Of a DNA stretch of 64,000 bases, positions 19,366-31,800 are shown piece after piece. How positions within the stretch are numbered: position 1 is the stretch's first letter; every line of letters starts with the position of its first letter. Source of the stretch: Gemmatimonadaceae bacterium (GTDB taxonomy: Bacteria; Gemmatimonadota; Gemmatimonadetes; Gemmatimonadales; Gemmatimonadaceae); the NCBI GenBank assembly GCA_040901985.1, contig JBBDYC010000003.1, positions 42,323 to 106,322 of the forward strand, written 5' to 3'. The position numbers were made by a program, and so were the translations under genes. The notes beneath the pieces were generated by a model that saw nothing but the letters and a program-made list of their open reading frames with translations, was not told the DNA's origin and did no database searches.

Positions 19366-20650
19366 GCACCTGCTCCGGCTCGCGCGCGCGGCGTGCGCCG
19401 TGGGCGTCCTCGCCCTGCCGCCGGACGTTCGCGCGCAGGACCGCGAGGCCGAGCCGCGGAGCGCGACGACCACCGTCTTCGCGCGGTACGCGTCGCGGAT
19501 CCTCAAGATCCAGGTCGTCGAGGTCGCCTCGGCGGCCAAGGTCGCGACCGGCACGGGCTTCTTCGTCGCCGCCGACGGGACGATGATGACGAACTATCAC
19601 GTCATCTCCGACTGGATCCACGAGCCGGAGAACTACCGGATCGAGGTGCTCGACGACGCCGGCGACCCGACGGTCGCGAGCGTCCTGACGGTGGACGTCA
19701 TCGCCGACCTCGCGATCCTCGCCACGGGAAAACCGGTGCCCCAGCACTTCACGCTCGGGCCGGCCGAGCTCCTGCAGGGCGACCGGCTCTACTCGCTCGG
19801 CCATCCCGGCGACCTCGGTCTCAGCATCGTCGAGGGCACCTACAACGGGCTGCTCCGTCACACGCTCTACCCGAAGATCCACTTCACCGGGTCCATCAAC
19901 CCGGGGATGAGCGGTGGCCCGACGATCACCAGCGCCGGTCGGGTGGTCGGCGTGAACGTCTCGACGATGGGCAACCAACGGAGCTTTCTGGTGCCGCAGG
20001 ATCGGGCCTCGGCGCTGCTCGCGAAGGCCCAGGCGGCGGGATTCACGCCGCCCGAGCGGTTCCTCGACCTGGTCGCCGAGCAGGTGCGCGCGTTCCAGGA
20101 AGCGTATCTCTCGACGATGTTCGACGGCGAGGTGCCGAACGTCGAGGTCGGGCGGTTCCGCGTGGTGACCGAGCCGACCGACATCTTCCGCTGTTGGGGC
20201 GATGCCGATCGCGAGCCCGACCGGCTGTACGAGACTCTGGATCACTCCTGCTCCACCGACGATTACGTCTACATCGCCGATCGGCAGGGCTCCGGCGTGA
20301 TCCGCTTCCGCCACCAGGTCATCCGCTCGACCGGCCTGAGCGCGCGGCGATTCACCAACTACTTCCAGAGCGTCTTCCAGCGGGACCACACGCCGGGCGG
20401 CTCCGAGAAGCACGTCGCGCCGTGGGAATGCACGTCCCGCAACGTCCGGGTGGCGGAGACGACGATGCGCGCGGTCTACTGCCTGCGGAAGCTGCGCAAG
20501 CTCGGCGAACTCTACGATGCGGTGGTGAAGGTGGCCGTGCTCGGCGACGCGCAGACCGGGCTCATCTCGACGCTGACCCTCTCCGGCGTCTCGGCGGCGA
20601 ACGCCGAACGGCTCTCGACGCGCTACCTGGAACTCGTCTCGTGGCGCTGA
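19355..20650 (+). CDS. Secreted trypsin-like (S1C-type) serine protease with Cys-containing C-terminal domain
   Basis: Signal peptide; GTGFFV, TNYHVI (His), DLAIL (Asp) and NPGMSGGP (Ser). No PDZ domain evident. Confidence 0.82.
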   Translation: MRTEHLLRLARAACAVGVLALPPDVRAQDREAEPRSATTTVFARYASRILKIQVVEVASAAKVATGTGFFVAADGTMMTNYHVISDWIHEPENYRIEVLDDAGDPTVASVLTVDVIADLAILATGKPVPQHFTLGPAELLQGDRLYSLGHPGDLGLSIVEGTYNGLLRHTLYPKIHFTGSINPGMSGGPTITSAGRVVGVNVSTMGNQRSFLVPQDRASALLAKAQAAGFTPPERFLDLVAEQVRAFQEAYLSTMFDGEVPNVEVGRFRVVTEPTDIFRCWGDADREPDRLYETLDHSCSTDDYVYIADRQGSGVIRFRHQVIRSTGLSARRFTNYFQSVFQRDHTPGGSEKHVAPWECTSRNVRVAETTMRAVYCLRKLRKLGELYDAVVKVAVLGDAQTGLISTLTLSGVSAANAERLSTRYLELVSWR

Positions 20651-21627
20651 TTCTCGAGCGCCTCGACGGCCGTCGGGCCGAGCCGGTGGAGCGGGTGGCG
20701 CTCGACCGGCTTCCGCTCACGATTGGGCGCGCGCTCGACAACGACCTCGTGCTCGACGATCCGCACGTGGACCCGCATCACGCGCGCGTGGTCGCCGCCG
20801 GGGATGGCACGGCGGTCCTCGAGGACCTTGGCAGCGTCAACGGCATCGCGCTCCACGGCGGCGACCGCGCCGACCGCCTCCCGCTCGTCGCGGGGACGAT
20901 GCTGCGCCTCGGGCGGACGGGCCTGCGCGTCCGGGACCGCGCCGAGTCCGTGGCGCCGGCGTTGCCGCTGACCCGGTTCGCGCCCGCTCGCCACTGGCTC
21001 GACCACCGACGCTGGCAGCTCGCGTTGATTGCCGCCGCCCTCGGCGCGGTGGCCGACGCTTCGTGGACCGGGACGAGCACTCGCGACGGCCTGAGCGAGA
21101 CGCTGGGGATCGTCGTGGCGGCGACCGCTTTTCTGGCGATCTGGGCTGCCGCGTGGGCGGTCGTCGGCAAGCTCGTCGTCCGCCGGGCGGCGTTCCTGAA
21201 CCACGCGGCGATCGCCGCGGCCACCGTGCTCGCCGTGGCGCTGCTCGAGGCCGTGACGTCGTGGGGCCAGTTTCTCTTCCCGGCCGCAGCCCGCGTGTTC
21301 GACGGCGTGGACTGGGTGATGATGATCGCGATCACCTGCGTGATGCTCTCGGCGCATCTCGTCTTCTCGACCGCGCTCACGTCCCGCGCGCGGTGGGTCG
21401 GCGTGCTTTCGGTGGTCGGCGGGTTCATCGTCCTCAGCGGCGCCTTTGCGCTCGTGAAGGACGACGCCTTCACCGATGTGCCGGAGTTCGTTGGCGAGCT
21501 CAAGCGGGCGCCGGCGGCGCTCATCCCGGCGGGCGACCTCGAGTCGTTCCGCGCCGCCGCCGCGGCGACCCGCGTCCGCATGGACTCGCTCAAGCAGCGT
21601 CCCGCGGCGGACGCCCGCGAGGAGTGA
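20641..21627 (+). CDS. FHA-domain membrane protein
   Basis: From GTG 20641: TIGRALDNDLVLDDPHVDPHHA and DLGSVNG, followed by about 5 hydrophobic helices. Confidence 0.78.
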   Translation: MALILERLDGRRAEPVERVALDRLPLTIGRALDNDLVLDDPHVDPHHARVVAAGDGTAVLEDLGSVNGIALHGGDRADRLPLVAGTMLRLGRTGLRVRDRAESVAPALPLTRFAPARHWLDHRRWQLALIAAALGAVADASWTGTSTRDGLSETLGIVVAATAFLAIWAAAWAVVGKLVVRRAAFLNHAAIAAATVLAVALLEAVTSWGQFLFPAAARVFDGVDWVMMIAITCVMLSAHLVFSTALTSRARWVGVLSVVGGFIVLSGAFALVKDDAFTDVPEFVGELKRAPAALIPAGDLESFRAAAAATRVRMDSLKQRPAADAREE

Positions 21628-21630
21628 CCG

Positions 21631-22737
21631 TCAGCCGATCAGTCGGCGGCCGAGGAAGGTGAGTGTGCCGATGATCGCGCCGAGGAGGTAGCCGAGGTTC
21701 ACGATCGTCGTCAACTCGCGCTGCGTGACGCCGCGGATGATCTCCTCGATCCGTGCCGTGCTGAAGCCGAGCACCTTGCGCTCGACCATCGCTGGAATGT
21801 CGAGTTGCTCGACGAAGCGCGGCAGTTCGTTCTCGAGCCACTGCCAGAGCGCCGGGCCGCCGACCGCAGCGAGCCGCGCCGCCGCGTCGTCGGCGAAGAA
21901 GCGGGCCGGCCGGCCGATTGGCCGGTCGAGCAGCGCGGTCGCGCCCTTGGCGGCGCCCTCGGCGGCGAGCGCGTGCACGCGGGGTGTCCGCGCGCCCTCG
22001 AGGATCCAGCGGACCACCACGTCCTCGCCGATCGTGTCGAGCACGTCGGCCCAGGTGCGTGTCCCCGCGCGCCCGAGGGCATCGGAGACCGTGCGCTCGA
22101 CGAAGTTGCGCGTGCGCTCGGTGCCGGCCATCCGCAACAGCAGGTCGCCGACGCGCGCCGCCGCCGTGCGATCGTCCGAGGTGCGCGCCTCCTCGAGGAG
22201 TTCGGTCGCCAGCTCGGCCGCCTGCGCAGAGAGCTCGGCCCGCCGTTCGCTGGTCAGCACCTCATTCACCGCGCGCCCGCCGACCTCGGCGCGCAACCGC
22301 GCGAGTGCCTCGCGCACGTGCACCTCGAACGCCGGCGTCGCCGTCCAGGCGTCCACACGGTCGGCGACCGCCGGGCCAAGGCCTTCGAGGGCGCGCTCCA
22401 CCTCGGTGACCACCGCCGGCGGCAGGAGCTCGCGCAGCGGGCCGCGCTCCACCTCGAGCGCCGACTGGATCAGGCCCGCCAGGCGCGTGTCGAGCGTCTC
22501 CCGGAAACCGGCGCGGCGCAACTCGTCGAGCAGGTCCTTCGGCGTGAGGAGCTTCTCACCCACCGTGCGGCCGATGCTTTTGGCGAGCCGCGCCTTGTTC
22601 TTGGGGATCGCGCCGTGCAGGCCGTACCGGCGGTCGTAGGGATGAAAGAGCATCCAGACCGCGACCGCGTTGGTCACGCCGCCGGCCACGGTGCCGATGG
22701 CGACGCTGAGCAAAAACTCCTGCCAGAGGGGGCTCAC
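21631..22737 (-). CDS. DUF445-family membrane protein
   Basis: N-terminal GGVTNAVAVWMLFHP/GAIPKNK and C-terminal IEEII...ELTTIVNLGYLLGAIIG. Confidence 0.85.
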   Translation of the reverse strand: MSPLWQEFLLSVAIGTVAGGVTNAVAVWMLFHPYDRRYGLHGAIPKNKARLAKSIGRTVGEKLLTPKDLLDELRRAGFRETLDTRLAGLIQSALEVERGPLRELLPPAVVTEVERALEGLGPAVADRVDAWTATPAFEVHVREALARLRAEVGGRAVNEVLTSERRAELSAQAAELATELLEEARTSDDRTAAARVGDLLLRMAGTERTRNFVERTVSDALGRAGTRTWADVLDTIGEDVVVRWILEGARTPRVHALAAEGAAKGATALLDRPIGRPARFFADDAAARLAAVGGPALWQWLENELPRFVEQLDIPAMVERKVLGFSTARIEEIIRGVTQRELTTIVNLGYLLGAIIGTLTFLGRRLIG

Positions 22738-22747
22738 GCGGTACCGA

Positions 22748-25201
<2,454 letters not shown>

Positions 25202-25295
25202 GTCCACTAATGTATGGTGCTTGCTCGCTTTCGCGCACCCGTCACCCCGGCGGTCGCGTCGGCGACCGAGGTGGTGGTTGGTACGACTCCGCGCC

Positions 25296-25324
25296 TTGGC
25301 CGAGAGCCCCGAAGTGGTTATGCT
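25296..25324 (+). promoter_or_regulatory. Sigma70-type promoter of ffh
   Basis: TTGGCC-N17-TATGCT, ending 10 nt before ATG 25335. Confidence 0.55.
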
Positions 25325-25334
25325 TCAAGGCTCT

Positions 25335-26636
25335 ATGTTCACGGAACTCTCCGAGAAGCTGGAAGCCACGTTCGCGAAGCTGCGCGGTCGTGGCGTCCTT
25401 TCTGAAGCCGACATCAAGGAGGGCCTGCGCGAAGTCCGCCGGGTGCTGCTTGAGGCCGACGTCAGTTTCCAGCTGACCCGCGAGTTCCTCGAACGGGTCG
25501 AGAAGCGCGCCGTCGGTGTGGCGCAACTCCGGACCGTCTCGCCGGCACAGCAGCTCGTGAAGATCGTCTACGACGAACTCACGGTAATGCTCGGCGAGCG
25601 TCGTGAGGGACTCAAGCTCTCGTCCGTTCCGCCGACTGTCGTGTTGATGGTTGGTCTGCAGGGGTCGGGCAAGACGACGACCGCGGCCAAGCTGGCGCGC
25701 AAGTTGAAGGGCGAGGGGCGGCAGGTGCGGCTCGTCGCCGGCGATGTCTACCGTCCGGCGGCGATCGACCAACTCGAGACGTTGGGGAAGGAGATCGGCG
25801 TCCCGGTCTTTGCGGACCGTTCGACCACCGACGTGGTGCGGATCGCGCGCGCCGGCGTCGAGCAGGCAAAGCAGGGGCGGGACCGCGTGGTGATCGTGGA
25901 CACGGCGGGCCGCCTGCAGATTGACGAGGCGATGATGGACGAACTGCGTCGGGTGAAGGACGCGGTGCGGCCTGACGAGATCCTCCTCGTCGCCGATGGG
26001 ATGACCGGACAGGACGCCGTGCGGATCGCGCAGGGCTTCGACCAGGCGCTCGGCGTGACGGGGGTGATCCTGACGAAGATGGACGGGGACGCGCGCGGTG
26101 GCGCGGCGCTCTCCATCTACGGGGTGACGAAGAAGCCGATCAAGTACATCGGCGTGGGGGAGAAGTCCGACGCGCTTGAGGAGTTCCATCCGGATCGTAT
26201 GGCCGGCCGGATCCTCCAGCAGGGCGACGTGCTCACGCTGGTGGAGAAGGCGCAGGCATCTTTCGACAACGACGAGACCAAGCGACTCGAGAAGAAGGTG
26301 CGCAAGGAGGGGATGGACCTGCAGGACTTCCTCGGCGCGATGAAGCAGATGGAGAAGCTGGGTTCGATGCAGAACGTGCTGAAGATGCTCCCCGGGATGA
26401 ACAGCAAGATGTTGAAGCAGGCGAGCCAGGTGGATCCGAAGCGGATGCGGCACCTCGAGGCGATCGTGCTCTCGATGACCGCCGAGGAGCGCCGGAAGCC
26501 GGAGGTGATCAATGGATCGCGACGGGCCCGCGTGGCGAAGGGGTCGGGGCGGCCGGTGAGCGAGGTGAATCGCCTGCTGGAGCAGTTCCGGGAGATGCAG
26601 AAGATGATGAAGAGGATGGCGCAGAAGCAGCGATGA
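25335..26636 (+). CDS. ffh: Signal recognition particle protein Ffh
   Basis: MFTELSEKL, GLQGSGKTTT, DTAGRL, TKMDGDARGG and M domain (SMT.EER, SRRARVAKGSG). Confidence 0.97.
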   Translation: MFTELSEKLEATFAKLRGRGVLSEADIKEGLREVRRVLLEADVSFQLTREFLERVEKRAVGVAQLRTVSPAQQLVKIVYDELTVMLGERREGLKLSSVPPTVVLMVGLQGSGKTTTAAKLARKLKGEGRQVRLVAGDVYRPAAIDQLETLGKEIGVPVFADRSTTDVVRIARAGVEQAKQGRDRVVIVDTAGRLQIDEAMMDELRRVKDAVRPDEILLVADGMTGQDAVRIAQGFDQALGVTGVILTKMDGDARGGAALSIYGVTKKPIKYIGVGEKSDALEEFHPDRMAGRILQQGDVLTLVEKAQASFDNDETKRLEKKVRKEGMDLQDFLGAMKQMEKLGSMQNVLKMLPGMNSKMLKQASQVDPKRMRHLEAIVLSMTAEERRKPEVINGSRRARVAKGSGRPVSEVNRLLEQFREMQKMMKRMAQKQR

Positions 26637-26729
26637 CGTGAAGGACCCGAGTGCGATCCGGAAACGCCGGATTTCGCGATGAGCTCGGCGCAGGTTCTCT
26701 ACCCGTAACCCGAAGATTCGAGGAACCAA

Positions 26730-27035
26730 ATGGCCGTTCGCATCCGTCTCCGCCGTCAGGGCCGCAAGAAGGCCCCCACGTATCGCATCGTCGTCGCCGA
26801 TGGCCGGTCGCCGCGCGATGGCAAGTTCCTCGAGATCCTCGGGCAGTACGCCCCGCGCTCGGGGGAGACCGCGCTGCAGCTCAACGTGGAGCGCGCCAAC
26901 TACTGGCTCGACGTCGGCGCCCAGCCGTCAGACACCGTCCGCTCGCTCCTCCGGAAGGCCGGCGTGCTGAAGACGCGCCACGAGACCCGCCTCGCCGCGA
27001 AGCTCGCCGACAAGGCCGTCCCGGTGAAGGGGTAG
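26730..27035 (+). CDS. rpsP: 30S ribosomal protein S16
   Basis: MAVRIRLRRQGRKKAPTYRIVVAD, RDGKFLE and GAQPSDTV. Confidence 0.97.
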   Translation: MAVRIRLRRQGRKKAPTYRIVVADGRSPRDGKFLEILGQYAPRSGETALQLNVERANYWLDVGAQPSDTVRSLLRKAGVLKTRHETRLAAKLADKAVPVKG

Positions 27036-27043
27036 ACCAAGGC

Positions 27044-27589
27044 GTGCCGCTCCCCGACTGCGCGAGTGTGGGGCGGATCCGCCATCCGCACGGCGTGCGG
27101 GGAGAACTGGTGGTGGAAGCGCTGACCGGCGAGCCGGATGCGATCTTCGCGCCCGGCCGCCGCGTGTTCCGCGGCACCGACGAGGGGGCGCTCTGGCTCG
27201 ACCCCAAGTCGCGCGAGCCGCGCGAGCTCACCGTCACCGCGCTTCGGCCGTTCCGGGAAGGATGGCTCATCACCTTCGACGCCATCACGGACCGCACGGA
27301 GGCGGAGCGTTGGAACGGGCGACATCTTCTCGTGCCGGTCACGGAGCTGTCCGAGCCCGCGGAGAATGAGGTCTTTGCGCACGAGCTGGTCGGGATGATG
27401 CTGGTGGACGCCGAGAGCGGAGAGGAGATTGGCCCGGTGGTGGAGTTCTACGAGGTTCCGCAGGGGATCCTCCTCGAGTTCCGCACCGCGACCGGCATCG
27501 CGAGCGTCCCCTTCGTGGACGAGTTCGTCAGCTCGGTGGACCGGGAAGGGAAGCGCATCGCGGTGACCCTGCCGGACGGGCTAATGTAG
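27044..27589 (+). CDS. rimM: Ribosome maturation factor RimM
   Basis: From GTG 27044: VGRIRHPHGVRGEL, ELVG, VPFV and LPDGL. Lies between rpsP and trmD. Confidence 0.9.
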   Translation: MPLPDCASVGRIRHPHGVRGELVVEALTGEPDAIFAPGRRVFRGTDEGALWLDPKSREPRELTVTALRPFREGWLITFDAITDRTEAERWNGRHLLVPVTELSEPAENEVFAHELVGMMLVDAESGEEIGPVVEFYEVPQGILLEFRTATGIASVPFVDEFVSSVDREGKRIAVTLPDGLM

Positions 27590-27623
27590 TTCCGTTCTCC
27601 TCTCCCCTTTCAACTCTCGCCAG

Positions 27624-28283
27624 TTGTTACAGATCAACATCGTCTCGATCTTCCCGGAGTTCTTCACCGGCCCGCTCGCGCTCTCGATCCCCAAGCGCGC
27701 GGCGGAGGCGGGGCTCGTCTCGTACCGCTGCGTGGACCTCCGCAGCTTCGCGACCGACAAGCACAAGACGGTGGACGACGCGCCCTTCGGCGGCGGTCCT
27801 GGGATGGTGATGAAGCCGCAGCCTTTCTTCGACGCGGTCGAATCACTGGGCGCCAGGGCGCCGATTGTCCTCCTCTCGCCACGTGGGAAGATCTTCACGC
27901 ACGCCGACGCCGAGCGCTTCGCCGCGGGGGCCGAGCTCACGCTCCTCTGCGGGCACTACAAGGACGTGGACCAGCGCGTCGCCGATCACCTCGCCACCGA
28001 GGAGCTCTCGCTCGGCGATTTCGTCCTCTCCGGCGGGGAACCGGCGGCGCTCGCGGTCGTGGACGCCGTGGTCCGGCTCCTGCCCGGCGCGATGAGCGAC
28101 ATCGAGAGCGCGCGGACCGACTCGTTCTTCGACCGCGGACTCTCGGCGCCGAGCTATACGCGGCCGGCGGAGTACCGGGGACACGCGGTGCCGGACGTCT
28201 TGCTCTCGGGCAACCACGCGGCGATTGAGAAGTGGCGGAAGGAGGAAGGCGAGCGGCTGACGCAAAAGCGCTCGGAGTCGTAG
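27624..28283 (+). CDS. trmD: tRNA (guanine37-N1)-methyltransferase
   Basis: VDDAPFGGGPGMVMK, LLCGHY, SLGDFVLSGGE, YTRP and VLLSGNH. TTG start. Confidence 0.96.
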   Translation: MLQINIVSIFPEFFTGPLALSIPKRAAEAGLVSYRCVDLRSFATDKHKTVDDAPFGGGPGMVMKPQPFFDAVESLGARAPIVLLSPRGKIFTHADAERFAAGAELTLLCGHYKDVDQRVADHLATEELSLGDFVLSGGEPAALAVVDAVVRLLPGAMSDIESARTDSFFDRGLSAPSYTRPAEYRGHAVPDVLLSGNHAAIEKWRKEEGERLTQKRSES

Positions 28284-28293
28284 CTTCACTGCG

Positions 28294-31200
28294 ATGCCAG
28301 ACGACCTCGGCCCGCGCCTCCAACGATCGCTCGGCGACGCCTTTGCCATTGAGCGCGAGCTCGGTGGCGGAGGAATGGCGCGGGTGTATTTGGCGCGTGA
28401 TGCCGCGCTGGACCGTCGCGTGGTCATCAAGGTCCTCGACCTCGAAGGCGCGATCGCCGCCAGCGGCGAGCGCTTCCGTCGCGAGATCAAACTCATCGCG
28501 CAGTTGCAGCACCCGCACATCGTGCCGGTGCTCACCGCTGGCGGCGACGACACGCTGCTCTGGTATGCGATGCCGTACGTGGCCGGCGAGTCGTTGCGGG
28601 CGCGCTTGGTGCGCGAAGGTGCACTGCCGCTCGCGGACGCACTGCGCATTGCCCGTGAGCTCCTCGATGCGCTCGCGTTTGCCCACGAACACGGTGTGGT
28701 GCACCGCGATGTGAAGCCGGAGAACATTCTGCTCGAGGGCCGCCACGCGGTGGTGGCGGACTTCGGTGTGGCCAAGGCGCTCTCGGAAGCCGGCGTGTCC
28801 GGTGCAGGGCTCACGTCGGTCGGGCTGGCGCTCGGCACGCCAGCGTATATGGCGCCTGAGCAGGCGATGGCCGACGCGACGACCAACCATCGCGCCGATC
28901 TGTACGCGGCAGGCGCGGTGATGTACGAGATGCTGGCAGGTGCCGCGCCGTATACTGGCGCGGCGCAGGCGGTGGTGGCCGCGCACCTCACAGCGCCTAT
29001 TCCGCGGATCGAGGAGCGACGGAATGACGTGCCGCCAGCGGTGGCCTCGCTGATCTTCCGGCTGCTGGCAAAGAACCCGGCCGAACGTCCGCAGAGTGCG
29101 CACGAGGTGGCCGTCGCGCTCGAAGGCGTGACCACGCCGGGCGGCGGTTTCGTTACGACGCCAACGCCGAGTCCGGCGACGGTCACTGGCGCGTTCCTCG
29201 CGTCGATCGGCGCTGTGCCACTGCCTAACGCATCGCGCGCGAGCACCTGGCGCCGACGGTCGATTGCCGCGGCGAGCGTGGCAGCTGTTGTGGTTGCCGG
29301 AGTATGGTTCAAGTCTCGCGCTGAGGCGGCACCGGTCGTTGAGGGGGCCGATGTCATTGCCGTCGTGCCGTTCGGTAGCACGGGCGACTCCGTACTCGCG
29401 CGGCTCGGGCGCGACCTCGTCGTGACGATGAGCACGAACCTCGACGGCGTCGGTTTGCTCCGCGCCGTGGATGCGATGAGCGTGCTGCAGCGGGCCCAGC
29501 AGCTTCCGCAGCCGGTGCCGCTCGCCGACGCCCGCGCGCTCGGCGAAGCCCTCGGCGCACGCAGTGTGCTGCACGGTTCGCTCGTGCGTGAAGGCGCGCT
29601 CGTTCGTGCCAATCTTGGCCTGTACCCGGTGGGCGAGGGCGACGCGATCGCGCGCTTCTCGACAATCGGCTCACCGGACAGTGTACGCGCCCTGACCGAC
29701 TCGCTGAGTGCCGCGCTCCTGCGTCTCGTCTGGACGCGTGGGAAGCCGCCTTCGCCACTCTTGGCCGACGTGGCGACGGCGTCGGGTGACGCGCTCCGTG
29801 CCTTCTTGGCCGGCGAAGCGGCGTTCGGCCGCTCGGACATCCCCGGCGCGATTGCTGCGTACGAGCGCGCCGTCGCGGCCGATTCGCTGTTCGCCCAGGC
29901 ATGGCTGCGGATTGATTATTCGCGGGCGCTCTTCCTCATGGGACCAGACACGATCGTCCGTCGGAAGGTCCGCGAACTCAGTGGCCGGCTGCCCGCGCGC
30001 GACCGCGAACTCCTTGAGTTGCGCATCGCCACCGGGATCACGACGCGGGAGCGGATCGACTCCGGCCGCGTCCTCGCCGCGCGCTATCCGGATTACCACA
30101 CCGCGCAGTATGAGGCGGGGGACGACATCATTCACGGCGGACCGCTGGTTGGCATTCCCATCAGCGAGGCGCTCCCGTATCTCCAGCGCCTCGAGGTGCT
30201 GGCGCCGAACCACGCCGACAACGCCCTCCACCGCGCGATGGTCGCCCTTGTCCTCGGCGATACGGTGGAACTTCGTCAATCGGCTCTCGATGTAGTCGCG
30301 CGTGCGCCCAACCAGCTCGGCGAATTCGGCCGCTCGATATTGCGAGTTCTCGAAGGGCGGAGGACTGGTCGTCCTATTCCGTTGGACTCGCTGGTGGCGG
30401 GGTTGCCAGGCATCGCAGATCTCCTCTCCCAGAATCCAGATTTCGCCTGGTTCCCGGGCCAGTTCTGGGCGCCCGGTGGTGCGCCTGGGGAATCCGAGGC
30501 GCACCTGGTGGCGGCCCGACGCTCAGGTATGTTCGCCGGACACCGCGGCGCGATGCTCCACAGCGAGGGATCGCTCGATGTGTCGCGCGGAAACGTCGCG
30601 AAGGGCGTCGAGACGCTCGCGGCGGTAGAACTGTTCAACGCTCCGACGTCCGCCCGACTCGCCGCAGCGCGCGCGGCGGCGCAGGGGGCCTGGTTGGGAC
30701 TGCTGCCGGCGGCGGACGCAGGCGCGGCGGTCGCTCGCGCCCGGGAACGCCTCAAGGACCTGCGCGGCATCGATGCGATCGAGCTCGCCTGGGCTGAGGG
30801 CGTCGTTGCCATTGCCGCTGGCGACTCGGTCCGCCTGCGCCGAGCCATTGCTCAGGTGTCAGACACGACCGCGTTCAGGGCCAACGTCTCCCGGGGACTG
30901 CGCGCGCTCTGGCGTGAGCGTGCCACCGGCCTCACCGACAGTCTCATCGCGTCGGAGGACGCGGCGATGGTGGCGTCCACGACCTTCACGCCGGCGATCT
31001 CACTCAATCGCCTTGCCATCGGCCGCGACCTGACGCGCCGCGGCAATCCCGAGCGCGCCGAGCATTACCTGCAGTGGACCGACGCTGTCGGGACCTCGAC
31101 GAGGAACGTCGCGGTCGTCAGTACGATGCTCGGCTACAACAGCTATGACCGTGGCCTGGCGCGCGAGGCCGCCGGCGACCGCACGGGAGCGATCCTGCAC

Positions 31201-31302
31201 CTCCAGCGCTTCGTCGAGCTGGTGGACCAGCCCACACCGGCACTCCAGCCGCAGCTGGACGACGCCAAAGCGCGGATCAAGCGTCTCACGGCAAGGGACT
31301 AG
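28294..31302 (+). CDS. Hanks-type Ser/Thr protein kinase with TM helix and large helical (TPR-like) C-terminal region
   Basis: LGGGGMARVY, VVIK, HRDVKPEN, DFG and GTPAYMAPEQ. Hydrophobic segment SIAAASVAAVVVAGVWF. Confidence 0.92.
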   Translation: MPDDLGPRLQRSLGDAFAIERELGGGGMARVYLARDAALDRRVVIKVLDLEGAIAASGERFRREIKLIAQLQHPHIVPVLTAGGDDTLLWYAMPYVAGESLRARLVREGALPLADALRIARELLDALAFAHEHGVVHRDVKPENILLEGRHAVVADFGVAKALSEAGVSGAGLTSVGLALGTPAYMAPEQAMADATTNHRADLYAAGAVMYEMLAGAAPYTGAAQAVVAAHLTAPIPRIEERRNDVPPAVASLIFRLLAKNPAERPQSAHEVAVALEGVTTPGGGFVTTPTPSPATVTGAFLASIGAVPLPNASRASTWRRRSIAAASVAAVVVAGVWFKSRAEAAPVVEGADVIAVVPFGSTGDSVLARLGRDLVVTMSTNLDGVGLLRAVDAMSVLQRAQQLPQPVPLADARALGEALGARSVLHGSLVREGALVRANLGLYPVGEGDAIARFSTIGSPDSVRALTDSLSAALLRLVWTRGKPPSPLLADVATASGDALRAFLAGEAAFGRSDIPGAIAAYERAVAADSLFAQAWLRIDYSRALFLMGPDTIVRRKVRELSGRLPARDRELLELRIATGITTRERIDSGRVLAARYPDYHTAQYEAGDDIIHGGPLVGIPISEALPYLQRLEVLAPNHADNALHRAMVALVLGDTVELRQSALDVVARAPNQLGEFGRSILRVLEGRRTGRPIPLDSLVAGLPGIADLLSQNPDFAWFPGQFWAPGGAPGESEAHLVAARRSGMFAGHRGAMLHSEGSLDVSRGNVAKGVETLAAVELFNAPTSARLAAARAAAQGAWLGLLPAADAGAAVARARERLKDLRGIDAIELAWAEGVVAIAAGDSVRLRRAIAQVSDTTAFRANVSRGLRALWRERATGLTDSLIASEDAAMVASTTFTPAISLNRLAIGRDLTRRGNPERAEHYLQWTDAVGTSTRNVAVVSTMLGYNSYDRGLAREAAGDRTGAILHLQRFVELVDQPTPALQPQLDDAKARIKRLTARD

Positions 31303-31329
31303 GGAGTCTGCCCCGAGTGGTCGCCCCCG

Positions 31330-31358
31330 TTGCACAAGGCCGCCAGCCACACTAACTT
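31330..31358 (+). promoter_or_regulatory. Sigma70-type promoter of rplS-rnhB
   Basis: TTGCAC-N17-TAACTT. Confidence 0.65.
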
Positions 31359-31410
31359 ACAAGGCTCACCACGACCCCTTGACGGGCCGCCGCGCGGCCC
31401 GGAGCCCGAT

Positions 31411-31791
31411 ATGAATCCGTTCTCCGAGACCCAGAAGGAATTCCTGAAGGACGTCCCCGCGTTCCGGGCCGGCGACACGCTCCGCGTGAACGTCCGCGTC
31501 AAGGAAGGCGAGAAGGAGCGCCTCCAGGCCTTCGAGGGCGTCTGCATCGCCCGCCGCGGTGCCGGGGTCGGTGCGACCTTCGCGGTCCGCAAGATCTCCA
31601 ACGGCGTCGGCGTCGAGCGGATCTTCCCGCTCCACTCGCCGATGCTCGCCGAGATCAAGGTCGTGCGCCGCGGCCGGGTGCGCCGCGCCAAGCTCTACTT
31701 CCTCCGCAACGTGACCGGCAAGGCCGCCCGGATCGCCGAGAAGAAGGTCCGCGTGCAGGTGCCGGTGACGGGCGAGGCGGTCGAGGCGTAA
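31411..31791 (+). CDS. rplS: 50S ribosomal protein L19
   Basis: [36 protein letters not shown] and [12 protein letters not shown]. Confidence 0.97.
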   Translation: MNPFSETQKEFLKDVPAFRAGDTLRVNVRVKEGEKERLQAFEGVCIARRGAGVGATFAVRKISNGVGVERIFPLHSPMLAEIKVVRRGRVRRAKLYFLRNVTGKAARIAEKKVRVQVPVTGEAVEA

Positions 31792-31800
31792 GCCCCCGAC

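Noticed and set aside
16435..19554. N-terminal ~1040 aa of the 1307-aa minus-strand ORF 15631..19554
   Set aside because: Antisense shadow of trmH, pilD and the lipoprotein gene in high-GC DNA. Only the last 267 aa (M48, with its own lipobox) look real.
25251..25268. Hairpin CGGTCGC-GTCG-GCGACCG between lon and ffh
   Set aside because: It lies upstream of both predicted promoters, so it is probably not transcribed. Short GC stems are common by chance here.
26637..26729. Possible SRP (4.5S) RNA next to ffh
   Set aside because: Contains CCGGAA but lacks the conserved helix-8 pattern (CAGG...GGAA...AGCAG) and is short. Kept only as a generic hairpin.
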